DNA of 64,000 nucleotides from Paraspadella gotoi. Lineage: Eukaryota; Animalia; Chaetognatha. Positions 61,484-64,000 of the stretch are shown one piece after another. Positions within the stretch are counted from its first letter, which is position 1; each line of letters starts with the position of its first letter. The stretch covers positions 8,737,008 to 8,801,007 of the forward strand of contig CM119268.1 in NCBI GenBank assembly GCA_051294375.1, written 5' to 3'. The notes under the pieces are model-generated. The model was given only the letters and a program-made list of their open reading frames with translations, was not told where the DNA came from and did no database searches. The position numbers were made by a program, and so were the translations under genes.

Positions 61484-63201
61484 TCAAATACTTTTGAAGA
61501 ATAAAAACATGAAAAGGAAAAAAACAGGTTGCCAAGCTCGGAGTTTCATCCCACTATTGCACGCGCTTTGACTGCAGAAACAATGTTCGTTCCACTGCCC
61601 GTCGATCGTACATTCCGCACGCTTTCTCCTCGCTACCGGATTTCTCAAGCATCCCCGGACGACGTTGCCTTCTTTCCTGTAATCTTTGCAGCCTTTGCAG
61701 CTGCAATGACTCTCGCTGTCGCCACACCAACCGTGAGCGCTGCAACACGGGAACAGACCCTGCGGGTTGCACTCGAAACTTCCGCTTTGATCTTCGGGGT
61801 CGCATTTCATGTCCGGCCGCCAGCGGCGTGACCTTTTAGTTTAGGAAAATGGCAAATAGGGCGAAAATCATATTAGGCTGAAAAATCAAGTTTTAAATCT
61901 CTTTCCCCCTTCCCGCTCTCAAACCTGAATTTAATCTTAAAGCATTTTCCCCGACATGGAATGTATCCTCGCTCTTTCTTCGCCTTGTCGCAACTTTGAA
62001 AAAAAGGTTTCCGATTTTTGTCGAAAACCCGAAAAACTTGGTCCGATTCCATGAGGCGTCGCCATAAATCTTCGCCCTCGCAAACACAGTAAATAGTTTT
62101 GGGTTTGCGACGCTGATTCTTGGTAGTGGTGGTGTTCTTTGTGGTGGTTTGGATAGTAGAAGAATTAGTTGTCGGCGTTGTGACGCTTTCCGAAGTTTTC
62201 GAAAAAGGAAATGTTCCACTAGAGGAGACGAAGGAATACTTTGAATTTGATATAGATCCAGCAGACACGGTTGGAGTTGTCGATGGCTGTGTGAAAGAAA
62301 AAGTTACGCTCGTACTTCGGAAAATGGAAGAAATCGAAGATGGAGAACCAAACGACGTGTACGGGTGCGTGCCACTGCTGTGAGAGTACGGAGAGGCTTT
62401 GCTCGAGGACGATCCCTTCACTGTGAAAGGCCAAGTTACACTTTGGGAGAATCCATCTCCTCCCGTGACGGAAATAACTCCTTCGGTATCTTCTTTGTCG
62501 ATAGTCCAAGGTCGAACGTTTTCTTTGCCCGTCGTTACGATCGTCGCTTGACTGGAACCTTCCGTAGAGTCGACTATTGTGGCTTCTTCCGTCGCCCGCT
62601 CCGTCAGTTGTTCCGTCGTTGGTTCCGTCGCCCGCTCCGTCAGTTGTTCCGTCGTTGGTTCCGTCGCCCGCTCCGTCAGTTGTTCCGTCGTTTGTTCCGT
62701 CGCCCTCTGCAACGCCCGCTCAGTCGTCCAACCGCTCGAAAGCGTCGCAGGTTCAACATTTAGATTTGGGATGACTTCCAACTTCGATTTGGAATCTGGC
62801 GCGGATCCAATCGACGGCCCACCCGAATCCAACGAAACTTCCTTTCCCGCCGCGTTCTTTCGTTCTTGGTCGAATGACGACTTTAAATTTGTTTCCGTTG
62901 AACCTCCTTGGGTAAACGAAATCGTGGAACTCGGTCTCTCCGTCGCTTCTGCCTCGGTTCCGCGCGTGGCAGCAAAAGTGGATAAAGAAACGAATCTGGT
63001 TAAATTCGCTTTGTCTTCGAAGAGAGACGAAAATCCCGAAGTGGCAGAGCCTTCCTCATTGGAAATTGGCGACGTCCTCAGATCTTGCGTGATCTCGGGC
63101 GCCTCTGTAACGAACGCCCTCTTCGTGAGCGACGCAAGAATAGTCAGGAGGAAGATGCTGTCGAATTTCCTAATCCACTCTCTCCGCTTTTTCGTTCTCA
63201 T
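61484..63201 (-). CDS. Mucin-like S/T-rich protein with a Ly6/three-finger-like domain interrupted by a hevein-like chitin-binding module; GPI-type C-terminus (exons 63201-61925 and 61832-61484)
   Basis: Hydrophobic N-terminal segment, long Thr/Ser region, YCVC...C...CRGKCFK, CNP...PCCSAHGWCG....HCSCKGCKDYR, VVRGC...CFCSQSACNSG, then a hydrophobic tail. Confidence 0.75.
62589..62706 (-). repeat. Coding 36-bp tandem repeat, 3 copies (ATEPTTEQLTER)
   Basis: CCGTCGCCCGCTCCGTCAGTTGTTCCGTCGTTGGTT repeated on the plus strand. Confidence 0.9.
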
Positions 63202-64000
63202 GTTAGTTATTGGCTTTAACCAATTAACTTTTTTATGATTTTTCAAGTGAGTTAATCAAAATGGGATGAAATCGAAGGCAGAATGTTCTTCCGTCCCAAC
63301 TCGAAGGTGCGTCCCTCTTTGTTCGTGGCATAGTCGTCGAATGTGAATAGGTTCGGAGTATTTTCTTTTCGGCTGTTTGTCCTGTCGCGTCACCGAGGGT
63401 GAAAAGAAGAACTTTTTTCTTTCCTTTGGATGGCGTGGATGGAAACTCGGATGAGATTGAGAGATCTTTCTTGGGACTCGATTTAGTGGCGAGAAATGAG
63501 ATCAACGGGGAAGAGCAAAAAGGGTCTTAAAAGATCAACGACGAAACGAAAGAAAAAATAACAGAAAAGGGAAAACCTCATCGGAACCCCGCGACTCGAT
63601 GGAACCGAGAGAGAGAGAGATAAAATTGTAATAATTTGTGAAAGGGATTTCGGGAATAATTTCGGTATGGTGATGAAATATTAAGAGCAAACATAGGATG
63701 TGTGACATTGGATGTTGTTGTTGTTTTATTAAATGAGTTTAAAAAATTTAGCGATTTCTTTCCCATTCTAAAGGATCTTTTTATTAGTTTTAATGAAAAA
63801 AATTTTTTTCATAAAACACCACCTTTTTTTTCTTTAATAGGGCGTTTGGTTGGGAAATAAGGTACTTATGGGCGGATGTTCTTAAAATTCCTTAAGCAAA
63901 GAGAAAATATTCAAACAATTTAAAAAAAACTTAAACAAATACACTTTGATCAAAAATAAATATTTTTTTACAAAATTGTCGATGTTCTGAATCTTTAAAG

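Overview
This is an AT-rich, compact animal genome window, probably from a protostome invertebrate (V0a sequence style, short GT-AG introns), with two 10-N scaffold gaps. Host genes recognised by motif are: a PACSIN-like F-BAR gene with a decayed SH3, a SAXO/FAM154-like gene, a secreted C-type lectin-4xEGF-vWA gene, V-ATPase subunit a, an activin-class TGF-beta ligand, long-chain acyl-CoA dehydrogenase, OTUD7/Cezanne, G-alpha-v, SLC25A29, a 5'-incomplete serine protease and a mucin-Ly6/chitin-binding GPI protein. There is also an orphan multi-pass membrane ORF. The main finding is a set of non-coding LTR mini-retrotransposons from four related families (called A-D here). Two are complete (17203-17862 +, 12043-12784 -) and the rest are solo LTRs or derivatives. 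Most copies have 4-bp target-site duplications and the two complete elements carry a tRNA-Trp-like primer-binding site. Each LTR holds a tRNA-like Pol III promoter followed by a circularly permuted (P5-type) twister ribozyme. The pseudoknot pairs co-vary between families and the P1 helix is a tiny palindrome. This predicts Pol III-made, self-excising, probably circular RNAs of about 420 and 482 nt, i.e. a twister-based retrozyme. Penelope-like remnants, a minimal hammerhead palindrome and a MITE that fills almost a whole intron are also present. All calls were made by eye; no searches or folding programs were run.
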